A stretch of DNA of 63,933 nucleotides, the filler included. It is 5 parts of 5 records of this genome, joined end to end, with 100 filler letters (N's around TTAATTAATTAA, not from the genome) between each part and the next. Parts side by side here need not be neighbours in the genome. Positions count along the whole stretch, not along the records: positions 12,550 to 33,571 come from DRR378314_1298; 4 more parts are not named here. One strand, given 5' to 3'. The notes under the pieces are model-generated. The model was given only the letters and a program-made list of their open reading frames with translations. It had not been told where the DNA came from and did no database searches. The position numbers were made by a program, and so were the translations under genes. Shown piece by piece: positions 12,745-24,900 of the stretch. Position 1 is the first letter of the stretch. Each line of letters begins with the position of its first letter.

Positions 12745-15700
12745 CGTCCTCCGTGAAGTCCATGAGCGGCGGGAGCGGCTTGCCGTTAGGAAACGACTTG
12801 GCGGTGCGAAGCTCGTCAAAGTACGGATGCGCGAGCATTTCCACAGCCGTGGGTCGCTCGGCGGGAGAATACTGCAGCATTTTCGAAATGAGATCCAGCG
12901 CTTGCTCATCGGCGCGGCCGCGCAGCACTTGGTCCCACGAATGCGCGCGGATCTGAGGAAACTTGAATTCTGAATAGTTGCTGTTCATCGTGCGGATCTG
13001 CTCACGCGTAGGAGTGCCGAGGACTTTGATGATTTCCACCAACTGGTCAACTCCACTTGTTCCTGGGAATAGGGGCGAGCCGAGCAACATCTCGCCAAAT
13101 ACACATCCCAGCGACCAGATATCGATCGAAAACGTGTACGAGGTCGACCCGAATATCAGCTCGGGGGCGCGGTAGTATCGCGAACATATGTAGGAGATAT
13201 TCGGCTCGCCCTCAATCAAGCGTTTCGCGCTGCCGAAATCGCACAGTTTCAGCACATGCGTTTGGGGATCCAGGAGCAAATTTTGCGGCTTGATGTCCCT
13301 GTGGCATATTCCGAGACTGTGGATGTAGGCGAGCGAACGCGCAACTTGGTACAAATACACCTACAAGAAACAAATTTGGCATGCAGAGCCAGTACGCACA
13401 CGATAAGCGCGTTGACAAACATTGCGCACTCGCCTAGGCAAGCATGCAAACGTAACCTGGACCCCTTGCCACGTGTAGAACAGCTTGCCCGCCACAGACG
13501 CATCGCGACTTCACGGGGAGGGGGGAACGGTAACCAATTCCTCCCGTCAAACGCCCATCCTGCTCTTAGTGCGGCGCTGGCCAAAGGGGATGGAAGCGGC
13601 GCGCCACGTTCCGGCGCGCACGATCGGACAGTGGCGCCCACGCTCCCACTCCTGTGCAGTCATACGGGCCGTGCGCGTGTCCGAGTAAGCATACGATCCG
13701 CGCGGAACGAAAGAACCATGCCATACCTTGATAATGTAAGCTGGCATGTGACTTCGCGCCTTCAAGTAGTGTCTGAGCACATTGTAAAGAGCCTCGGGCA
13801 CATACTCCAGTACAAGATTCAGATACGTCTCGCCGTGCTTTTTCCCGCTGAGGACGAAACTCGCACGCATCTGCACTGTGTTGGGATGCGAAAGCTCTTG
13901 CATGATCTGCAGCTCGCGGTTCTAGAAGTGTCACACGACCGTACGAAACACGGGGGGGGCAGAGGGAGCGGAAGAAAAGGCAGGCAACCACACAGAATCA
14001 GGGAAAGTTCTCCCAGCATGGACGCACGCGTCAATTTGTGGATTTGGCATCTACAGGAGCGATTCGCACGCATGCAAGTACACTCCACCTCTTGAGCCGA
14101 TCGGTGCATCCCAATTCACTTCTGGGCTTGTCATGCAGCGAGACATTGCGTGAGTCTTATGCATATCGCCCAGCAAGCGAGAAGGCGAGCGGGACGTGCG
14201 GCACGCTGGCCTTGTGTCGGGCGATCTTCCGCGCACACACAAGCACGAGGTTCAGGGATGGCCAGATAAGCAAAAGGGAAGAGTTCCAAAGAATGGGTAC
14301 TCCGCCCACAATGATACCACATCCAAAGCACGCCTAAGCACATTCTGCGCTTCATGTGGAGGTAGCAAACTGGACTAGGCAAGTGCCCTCCCACCAGAGC
14401 ACACACGCTTCGCAAGGAACAGAGCAGTGCATCTGACGCGGCTCCTCTTGAGTTTACCGACAGCAACACACGCACGTACCTTGAAGCGAGAATCCTCGAG
14501 GACCTTTTTGATTGCAACAATCTCATTGGTCACTTTATCTCGCGCCTGATAGACGACACCAAACGACCCGCTGCCGATGACGCGCATAGGCAGATATCTG
14601 CAGAGGATAAAGGGGGAAAGAGGCAGAGAATAAAGGTAAGATACAAGCAACACGGCGAGCCCGTCCACTTTCGACTCTGTAGTGCGCTCGTATGCAACTA
14701 CCAAGACTGCAGAGCAATGCCACAGGGAAGGAAAAAAAATGCGCCGCAAGATTCGCCGGGCTTTTTGATCCACGAGCGAGTTTCAGGACATGGTCGTCGC
14801 GCGCTCGCACCCTTCCGCGCAAAGCGGCTACACTATGGGTTTCCCCAACCACATCTCTGCGTGTGCATGCTGAGCAACGGGCTGGCCCGCGGACCAAGCG
14901 ACACATTCGCAGGTGGAACCCGTACACTACCGTGCAACGGATGCACACCATGCTGAAACAACGATTTATACACCAGTAGTGTCAGCGTAGAATCTGTGCT
15001 ATGCAACTGCTTCGCATGGCAAAAAGGCCGTGTTTCTCGTTCCACGCGAGCAGCTTTTCCCGCTGCCCGTCCTTCGCACGACTCGCACAAGACGAAGCTG
15101 CGCCCTTGCACCTAGCCGAGCGCTCTGCAAGTTCTGCAGGTCGAGCGCGCGCTAATAAAAACCAACTAAACAAAACCGGCAGATATTTTCGGTACTTGTG
15201 CGCGAAAAAACTGCGAGAGAGATAGAAAATCTACAGGAAGCATCCAGTGCGCTCTCGGCACGCGAAGAACAGGCGCCATTCGGCAGACGCCCGTCACGTG
15301 CACAGGCATCAGGAAGCAGGCTAAGCAGCACGGCGCGAGCGAGGCGCAACACAAGACTCGCTTCGCGCTTCCTTGGCGGACGCATCGCGCCCTCGTCCAT
15401 ACATCTCCATACGCAGGTGCAAACGTGACATAATATACAATATACTCAAACGAGCTACATTTTGAGGCTGACGCGACAACCTTTCCAGCTGGCACGGGAA
15501 GCAGATGCGCCGGTGCGGAGGTGGCACGCGCGGCCGTCGTCGGTACACGCGCGCCGGGCCAGAAGCGCCGTCGCGCCCACACCAGGGCGAAGCCGCACAC
15601 ATAGCCACCGCGCAGACGCCGACGGTGACTGCAAACGCTGACTATGCCAGCGCCATGCTGTGCTCCAGCGGAAATTCCTCCTGGGCAAACATGGCTATTT

Positions 15701-16543
15701 CCACCGAAACCGACGGTTCTATCCGGTAAATTTCGAGTAGATTGATCTTATAACCGCATACAAGAACTAATGAGAAAACAGAATGGTGCAAAGTAATCAC
15801 GGGTGCGCGCTAAAAACGCTCGCGTAGAGGCGGCAAAGGCGCGCAGGGCGTGTCTGGACAGACGCAGGAGCAAGCGAGCGCGTACGCGCTTCCGCAGCTC
15901 AGCGGCAGAGCTCGAAAGCTGGCACGCCCCTTTCCCGCAGCAACGAAAAGACACCGCTGCGCCACGGAATTCGCAGGAATTTCCTCCAACATTACAGAGA
16001 CGGTGTACAATATGAAAAATAAATCAAAATCTTGTCTGCGATTCCCGCAAGGGCAAGGCTCACGATGGCAATGCGCGAAAGAACCAAACACACGAGCGCG
16101 CAGGCGGCAAGAGCAGAACAGGCAACGTGCGGGACAATGCGGCAGTACGGCTGGACGCCGACGCAGTGCGCGTACAGAGAGAGGCGCTGCTCGCGTTCGC
16201 GAGAGCTGAAAGGCCGAGCAGCTTCGCACTCGTTTCAAAGGAAGCCCGTGTCCTACCGGGCATGCCACAGCACCACGATGCGACTTACAAATCTAAATTT
16301 TAGCGCAGTTATGACAATCTGCTCCTGTTTCGCTGGCAGTCGACGCTGGCCACGCTCTACCATGGCCGCCCGGAGAACCGTAGCCGGCAGAGTCGTGGGC
16401 GCGGTATGCAGAAGTGGCAGGCTTGGGCGCCTGCCCGCCTCGTACCTGCGCGGATCGTTCAGCGCGAGGCTTGCGCTGGACGACGACGCCTCGCCACTGC
16501 CAAGTTCGTCGTTGTTGTCATCACCGACGCGCAACTTCTCCAT
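12745..16543 (-). CDS. GSK3: Glycogen synthase kinase 3 / shaggy-like kinase, final exon unresolved near contig edge
   Basis: Exons 16543-16446, 14597-14480, 13921-13727 and 13360-12745 join in phase. Motifs [60 protein letters not shown]. Confidence 0.95.
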
Positions 16544-17487
16544 CGCGAGAGTGGGTCCCGAGTCCGTGGAAACCGATGAACACAGAATATATTCTATAAA
16601 TGGGTGTTTCCTCCCTTACGCCCTTGTTCTCGCCTTTCCGCGAGGGCGAGGGAGTATCGAGGAAAACACCGAGCGGGCACACGCGGGGCGGTACTCACGG
16701 AGCGATTCCTTGCCTTGCTTGCGTGCGAGACCGGAAGAGCACCACAGAGACAGACGGCACCGACGAGTAGGCCCTTTTTGATTTCTCCCTTCTTCGCGTT
16801 TGCCGCTGCGGACGAGCACACGTCGCGCTTGGGGAAAGTTCACCAAGCCGCGCGCGCCTACGCCCAAACGCGACCGCGACACTCCGGCAAGCTAAAGACA
16901 AAGATGTGAAGTTCCAAGCGCCTTCGCGCGAGAGGACCGCGTACGGTGGAGGCGAAAATCACAAGCAAGGGTAGCGAGCTTGCCGCCGTGTTCCCAAGAT
17001 GAGAAAGAAAATACCGTGCGCCGCGGTGGGTTGCCAAAGGCAACAACATGCAGATCCGCGCCTCGGGCACAACGCACCTCTAACCCTCCATGCCGGAACC
17101 GTGTGTCTCGTGGCGGTGATCTGCAAAGGCAGCGCACGTTTCGGCTTTCCAAGGGTGCGATAGGGTTAGAATACATTCCACTCAAGAACACCGGCTAGGG
17201 TATGCGCCAGCAAGGGCTGCGTAAACCCATTGTTACAATATGACATTTTCAATTTACTGATGCATATACTGCGATTTGAATGGCATTTGTGCGCATGCTC
17301 CGGCCTGGGGCGCGAGGTTTTTCGCAGCGCCCTTGCTGCTGGAGGGCGAGCGCAAGGCGAGGCGACCAGCCCAGCACGCGCAACACCCTACGTTCTCGGC
17401 CGACAATTGTGTGACAAGTTTTGTCGGTTTTTCGTTGTTCGCGCACCGTCCCGCCTTGTTTGCACGAATTTGGTGGTGAGCGAGAGG

Positions 17488-19465
17488 ATGAAGTCGCTTG
17501 TTCTACTTTCGCTGTTTGCACTTGTGTGCATTGCTGCGTCACGAATGCCGAAGCGTCGGAGCAGTGCGGTGTTGAACTATTACGACGTTGTTGGCGTACC
17601 GCCGTCCGCAACGCGGTCGGAAATCCTTGCTGCGCGCGCTGCGCAGGAAGACGATGCCCGTAAGCCGACCGTAGAAGAGGCGTTCGCAACGCTCACAGAT
17701 CCCTCTCGTAGGAGCGCGTACGACGATCATCTTTCTGTAAGGGAAAAAATTACCATTCGAGGAAGGTGCGAAGAAACGCAGCTGCTTCTCGTCGATGGCA
17801 AACGTGTGCTCTTGACTGTGTCGCACTCGGCATCGTTGGCGGCTGCGCAGGTTGTGGTCTTTGCGGAGCACGGCGTTTGCACGCCTTGCAGGGGGACTCC
17901 GAGCTGCTGCCCAGCACCCCCCTTGCTGCTGCTGGGCCTGCGCGCTGCATTGCACGTTCTCATGACAGAGTGCATGATTCCTCGGAATATTGATGTAGAT
18001 AATGGGTATTTACGTCTCGCACTGCGTGCGAGCGCCGCAGTGCAAGCTCACAAAAAAACTTGGCCTCCGCGCGCGCGGCAAACACAGTACTCAGCCGCGC
18101 GTTCTCCACTGCGCTGCGTGTACCCACGCGCGTCTGCACGCTCTCCCGTGCTTTTTCTTTTCGCCCACTCTTTTTTTTCGTGATGCAGCCGACAGGAATG
18201 GTCACAGGCGATTACAGCAAGGTATGCGAAGAGGAGCGAAAGGAGAAATTTGGTTGCGGAGCGGCGCTCGCCCACCGAGTCTCTTCCTGGACTCCGGACG
18301 CAGCGACCAATGCCAGTGCAGGAGTGCGGCGTACGCGCACCCAACGACACGCACGCTTTTACACGGCGCGGGATAGTTCTTCTTCCCCGTTGTGGCTGGG
18401 ATCTACGTATTCTGCACGTGCTGTATTTTAGGATACACCAGAACGCCTATCGTGTATGACCGCGTTGCTGCATACTGCGCTGCTCGGAGGCTGGGGCTGT
18501 CGTGCAAGTGCGAAGTCGTCGCGTCGCAGGGGCGCTCGTGCGTCGTACGTCGTGCTGTTCACTCTCCGCGAGGTCAATCGCCCCGTTGTCTCCGACTTCC
18601 GCCTACTGGTTCATCTCACAATTTCCTTGTCCTGTGGTGTCGTCTGTTCCAACGCTGTGTCGCCGCTCCCCCCCCCCCGCTCTCTGTAGCATGGCAAATT
18701 CGGGTGGCTCGGAGCAGTGGGCCGGTACGCGCATGGGCTGTCGCCCGGCATCCCTCCCGTGCTATGTTTCTGTCTTTCTCCTGTACACGAGATGCGCGAT
18801 GATGGTGTTGCATGGGAGCCGCGCTGTGCCGCTGCATCTGTGCTCCGTTGTGCAAGGAGGTGCTATTATGCGGAGGCGCAGAGAGAGCGAATCGGAGCAG
18901 CATGAGTCCCTTGTATTCTGTGGCACTGCTAGCGGCAAGGGGGCACCATTACTGCCGACCAGCATCCCAACAGGCTCGCAGAGGCCGACACATTCGTTGA
19001 GCAAACGATGCGTATTTTGCTTCATTTCCGTCTAGCGGGGTTTTCCTCGGTAAAGCGAAGCGTCGCGTCGGTATGCGACGTAATGCGTCTGTATCTACTA
19101 AGGGGAAGGTTCGGCACGAACCAGGACGCACAGCTGCTAGTACGGCTGTTGTGGTGCTGTTGGGCGTGTGCGCAGTTGCCATTTCCGTACCAACGCGCGC
19201 GTTTCTGTGATTGTGCCCGGGCCGTATGCTTGCAGGGTTTTTGGGCGCGTTAATTGTGCCCGTTGTCATTGGAGCGATCCTCTTTTTTATTGCACGTCAG
19301 GCCGCTATGGGATCGTGCGCGTCTGAACGCGATGCTGGGGCTACACTGTACGACACGTATAAGAAGAAGTCGAAGAATCGCCGCATGGTTGAGGACCTTG
19401 CTCCGTTGTTCTCGCCCGATGTCGACGCCGAGAGCGCACGACATACGCTGAAGAAAGTCTCGTGA
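17488..19465 (+). CDS. Signal peptide + degenerate J-like domain (no HPD) + single TM protein
   Basis: MKSLVLLSLFALVCIA signal. NYYDVVGVPPSAT...EEAFATLTDPSRRSAYD resembles J helices I and III/IV. Last exon GFLGALIVPVVIGAILFFIA (TM) ends TGA 19465. Middle exons are tentative. Confidence 0.55.
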
Positions 19466-19701
19466 AGGCGGACATCGCGACAACATGCAAGGCACAAAAT
19501 TTATTCGGAATTTACGGCGTCTACAGGATGAGATTGGCGTCGATGCCACGCCAGATTGTAAGGCTTCCGAACCTGGAATCGAGGGAACTCGCCGAGAGCT
19601 TGCAACTGAAGAACGGAAGCAGTGTCCCTGCCGACTCACTCACTCCTGCTCCTCGTTCTGAAGCGCCGCGGGCGCTCGAGCGCACCGCATCATGCGCGTG
19701 G

Positions 19702-20580
19702 TTATCCCCATGCTGCTGTTGTTGCGTAGTTAACAACGAGGACGTTATCTATGCTGTAATTTTCGTGCAGGTCCCGGATTTGTCTGTCTGGCGTTGGCGA
19801 GAATGCGCTGCTGCAATACAAGTACTGCACGGGGAAGAATGACGCGCCACCAATCCTTGTCAGCGCAGCCAGAGACACCGACAGTCGTCTCAGATGATTA
19901 TCCATGAACTTTGCACGAATTTTGTATTCGTCTACCGCGACGCCAACCCATGGCGTATGCGGAAGCGACGGATGCGCTCGCCCTATAAGAATGTGCTTCC
20001 GCGACAACACCACGCACTCTTGAATGGTGTAGGCTCCCCCGCGAGCCTTGACGTACCACTACGACAGCAATCGCGATATCCCGTCCGCCGCCACGCACGT
20101 GGTTCAGCATCGAATATTGTGATAGAATGAAGAAGACACGCACACACAAGGAAGCGCGCGGGTTACAGGGGATGCGGGCGGTCGCCGCATACGTTTCGCG
20201 AATCCCTTTTGCAATCTGTCCGTAGCCAGGAGATAGAGATCGCTTCGCGCGCACCGTACGCACCTGTATCGCGCTTGAGTTGTCTCCGCAGGAAGTTGAC
20301 AACCGACGCGAAAGTATCACTCGCATTCACTTTGAATTTGCTTTGCTTGAGAATTGGCGCGTCGCCTACAGCGCGGAGATGCACAACGACTGCGCGCGCA
20401 AGAAAACGAGTTGTCGCGGTGGGTAAAAGGAAGCAGCGGGAGGTGAGACAAGCCTCCGCCACAGCATCTGCGGTTTTGCTGCGGAACTGGCTCGCAAACG
20501 TTCACTCACAGAAATACAACTATTTCCAGAATAACGCAACTCTTCTCTTGCACCGTAGCGGCGGACGCAGTGGACGACAT
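19702..20580 (-). CDS. ATG12: Ubiquitin-like autophagy protein ATG12 (96 aa, 4 exons including a 2-nt exon)
   Basis: Exons 20580-20541, 20389-20264, 20058-20057 and 19824-19702 give [34 protein letters not shown]...[24 protein letters not shown]...[12 protein letters not shown], with the family C-terminal AWG. Confidence 0.93.
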
Positions 20581-21903
20581 CGATCGCCAAGTCCAAGCCA
20601 GCAGCCACGTCTGGCGCGTGCCGCCTCAGGCACTGCGCAAGTGCCGGTGTTGTATTCGAGGCAGGAAGGAACGCTTCCCTGCAACGTGACAACAGGCACG
20701 CAAGGAACGGAAGAGCATGCCAAAGCAGCAACCGTGGTCAGATTTTTATGTGAGGTTTTGGTGGTCCCCGCGAACGAGAAAACCCCTCCCTGCGGCGTAC
20801 AAGCCAAGGGCAGCGCTGTTCGATGCACGCACACAGTGCCGCGTCGGCTAGCACAAGCAACGCCAGCAGCCTGCAAGCAGGAGGCGAACGGCCCAAGAGC
20901 TGCGCTTGCACAAGACGACCAACGAAGCGGAACGGGCAGTCCTTCTACTCTCTTTTGCGCATTCATTCTACCTGCTGCGGGGTTAGGTGCGCATGTTCCT
21001 GCCGGATCGACGAACAACAGATCGAGAGGGTGGCAGCGCGCACATGGAGCGAGAACCAGCCATGCATGCGCGGGTTGCCAAAGGAGCGGACAGAAGGATC
21101 CGCCCAGGAAAACGCCAGGTGCGTCGACCTCAATGCGCCTCGTCAAGATGAACTGGCGTGCGTAACAGACGATACAATCACTTTCTATATAATTTGTAGC
21201 GCTGGCGGATACCCTTCTTTGCGGGAGGGGCGCGTGAGAGGTGCGTACGCTGGCGACGATTGCGAAAGAGCGGTCCGCGTGCCGTGGCCAGCAACAGTAG
21301 TGCGCAGTGTGCTCTCACCCGCAAGCACTGCACATACCTTCTTTCACGGAGGCCGTGCCACTCGGCGCGATCTTGCGCGACTCCCGCCCCACCCCCAAAA
21401 AAGTTTCGGCCGTTCTCGCACGCGTATGCGAGGGTGCGTACGTGTCGGCGCGATGGCCGAGTATCACAATATCGGTGAGGAACCGATGCCTTTGCTCCAG
21501 CGCGCGCCAGCGTCGACGTGGGGCCTTGCTGTCGCTATCGCAGCGTCGAAGTGCGCTTCGTGCTCCGCTTGCGCTGCCGCTGCCAGTGGAGGTCCCAAAC
21601 ACCGATCCCGTACTAATCTTGAAAGCGGTAAGTGCGGCGGCCGCGTGCAGCGGTCGACGCAACTAGGGGGTGTTTCTATTCCGGACGCCACTGCTACTTG
21701 GACGATCAAGCAAGCGAGTTGAGACCCAGATGCCGCGTGTGTGCCTGAGGGGTCCTGATCTGCTGCTGGTCGAGGACCCCCCACTGTGCGTGGGAACATG
21801 CGACGGCCCCCTGTGTGCGGTGCGTGGAACCGTCAGCTTTTTCGACCACGTTTGTCTTCCATCTCCCTGCCTGAGCGGCAAGTGTGAGAAAACCTTTGCA
21901 AGG

Positions 21904-24900
21904 ATGGTACGCTGCCACCCCTTGCACTTTTGCTGCCGGCGCCGGACACGCGAAGCTATTTGCTGCATGTGAACGCTGGCGTAATGTTTTTCTGCACTGG
22001 GGCTCTGGATTGCACGGGAATGCGTCGTTCTTGCGTGGTCCTGTGCATGCGCGCCCGTGCCGCTGTGCACACACGACGCTGTATTCGCGAGCCGCCCCGC
22101 CCCCCCTGGTTCTGCGGCTTCGCCGTAGTGCTTCTGCCGGTGCGAAAGTCGGGGCGTTTCGGCTTTTCTTGGGCAGCGCGAAGCAATGTTCTTATGTTGC
22201 TTGTGTTATCAAGATGTGCGCAAGAAAGCCAGTGGTTTCCGTGGTCGCATAGGGAGGCCTGGCCAAGGGGTCAGCACCGTGGCGAAGCAGGTGGAACGAT
22301 GCGTGCTGTGACTGCTGTTGCCCGCAGTTTCGTTTTGGCACAGCAAGCCGAGGCGGCGCGACCGAAAGAGCGGCCGCGGGGGGGGTGCGGTTGGCTGTAG
22401 GGCCAGTCACGGAAAACTGGGAACATGTCGGGCGCGTGCGCACACAGCCAGCTTGTTTGTGCCCCCTTGCAACTCGTGATGCTTGTCATATCTATCAGGT
22501 AGTCAATTGGGGGTTCGTTGCTGTTCCACTGACCGAGTCAGCGTTCGCACGCCCCCGGTGTACGGCTTCGGCGACTCTTGGGCACGCTCTGCTCGCATCT
22601 CGCGCCCCGTTGGCGCGCTTGGTTGCAAGGTTGTTGGGCTTTTGACACTATCATGGGCGTAGGACGTTGTGGTAGGATTCACAGGCGCGCTTTTGCGATT
22701 GTAGTGGCTTCCTGTGCTGTGCCTGCGGCCCGGTCCGCGCACCAGTTGGGCCACCGGCGTGCGGCTCTGCTCGGCCCTGTGCTTGTGGGAGCGCCGCGTG
22801 TTTGTTCGCCAAGCTACTTGGCACTCTCGGTCAGCTGAGTGTTGTCCCACGTCCCTCCCTCGCACACGGAGCGCTCAGCGCCGGTGATTGCCGCACATGA
22901 GGTGCAACACCGCACTGCTACGTTGGACGGTGTGCATCTTCGTCCTTGGAGCGGGCGTGCGCTTTTTGTAGCAAAGCACACTAGCGTGGTCTGGTACGGG
23001 CGTTGCCCTCGCATCGGCCGTGCTCGTTCCGGCGCTTGCTGCGCATCGCTGCGCCGGTCTACGCGAAAGGCTTTGCGCGCTCCGTCACCGTGCGCATGAG
23101 CCCTTGGCGGAAGCTGCAAGTTGGATCTGCCGAATGTCGGAGCTACGCCCACGGCCCGTGCCGCTCGATCCTTACTTGCCCGCGCTTGGTTTTGCTGCTC
23201 GTCCCTTGCGCAGGTGCACTTCACGATCCCCCAGCTGCGGTCCATTATGGACCAGCAGGACAATATCCGCAACATGTCCGTCATTGCGCACGTCGATCAC
23301 GGCAAGTCTACCCTCACGGACTCGCTCGTCGCGGCCGCCGGTATTATCGCGACTGAGGATGCCGGTGAGAAGCGACTTACCGACACGCGCGCGGATGAGC
23401 AGGAGCGCTGCATTACCATCAAGTCGACCGGTATTTCCATGTACTACTCGATCGATGAGAAGGAGCAGTCTCTGCCGAAGGGCGCCAAGAGCAACGAGTT
23501 CTTGGTCAACCTCATCGACTCCCCGGGGCACGTCGATTTCTCTTCGGAGGTGACCGCCGCACTTCGTGTCACTGACGGTGCGCTCGTCGTCGTCGACTGC
23601 GTCGAAGGCGTGTGCGTGCAGACCGAGACGGTGCTGCGCCAGGCGCTTGGTGAGCGTATCAAGCCTGTTGTCACCATCAACAAGCTCGACCGCGCCTTCC
23701 TGGAGCTCCAGCTCGATCACGAGGAGATGTACCAGAACTTCCAGCGCGCCATCGAGAGCGTCAACGTTATCATCGCGACGTACAACGATGAGAAGCTCGG
23801 CGATCTCCAGGTGGCTCCGGAGAAGGGAACGGTTGCGTTCTCCGCCGGTCTCCACGGGTGGGCGTTCACGCTCACGAAGTTCGCGAAGATGTACGCGAAG
23901 AAGTTTGGCGTCGATGTGGAGCGCATGATGTCGAAGCTTTGGGGTGAGAACTACTTCGATGCCGAGGGCAAGAAGTGGACCAACCGCGAGACGAGCAAGT
24001 CTGGCAAGTCTCTTCCGCGCGCGTTCTGCCAGTTTGTCATCGGGCCGATCCAGAAAGTGTTCGACACGGCGATGAACGAGCGCCTTGATGAGCTGTGGGC
24101 TCTCCTTGGCAAGATTGGTGTCGAACTGACGTCGGAGGAGCGCGAGCTCCGCGCCAAGCCGCTGCTTAAGCGCATCATGCAAAAGTGGCTCCCCGCGCAC
24201 GAAGCGCTGCTGGAAATGCTTATCCTTCACCTGCCGTCGCCCCGCACGGCGCAGGGATACCGTGTGGAGACCCTCTACACCGGCCCGCTGGACGACCTTG
24301 CCGCCCAGGGTATCCGCAACTGCGACCCCAACGGCCCGCTGGTGCTGTACGTGTCGAAGATGGTGCCGACGTCGGATAAGGGACGTTTCTACGCATTCGG
24401 CCGCGTGTTCTCCGGTACCGTCAAGGCCGGCAAGGCGCGCATCATGGGCCCCAACTACGAGCCCGGCAAGAAGGACGATCTCTTCGTCAAGAACATCCAG
24501 CGCACTGTGCTCATGATGGGACGCCGCATTGAGGCTGTTGACTCGGTGCCGTGCGGCAACACGGTCGGCCTTGTCGGCATCGACCAGTTTGTCATCAAGA
24601 CGGCCACGCTTACCGACTGGGAAGGCGCGTACCCGCTGCGCGACATGAAGTTCTCGGTGTCGCCGGTCGTGCGTGTCGCGGTTGAGTGCAAGAACCCCTC
24701 GGAGCTTCCGAAGCTTGTCGAAGGCCTGAAGCGCCTGTCGAAGTCGGACCCGATGGTTCAGTGCCAGATCGAGGAGACGGGAGAGCACATTATCGCTGGT
24801 GCCGGAGAGCTGCATCTCGAAATTTGCCTCAAGGATCTCCAGGAGGATTTCATGGGCGGCGCGCAGCTCATCATCTCCGAGCCGGTCGTTGCGTTCCGTG

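Noticed and set aside
14702-14706. tgcag|TCTTG|gtagtt as a 5-nt micro-exon in GSK3 intron 1
   Set aside because: Exon 16543-16446 already joins exon 14597 in phase, and inclusion would frameshift. A poison exon cannot be excluded but has no support.
22143-22156. GAAAGTC motif suggesting RNase P/MRP CR-I or group II intron domain V
   Set aside because: No matching CR-V/P4 partner or domain V helix could be found.
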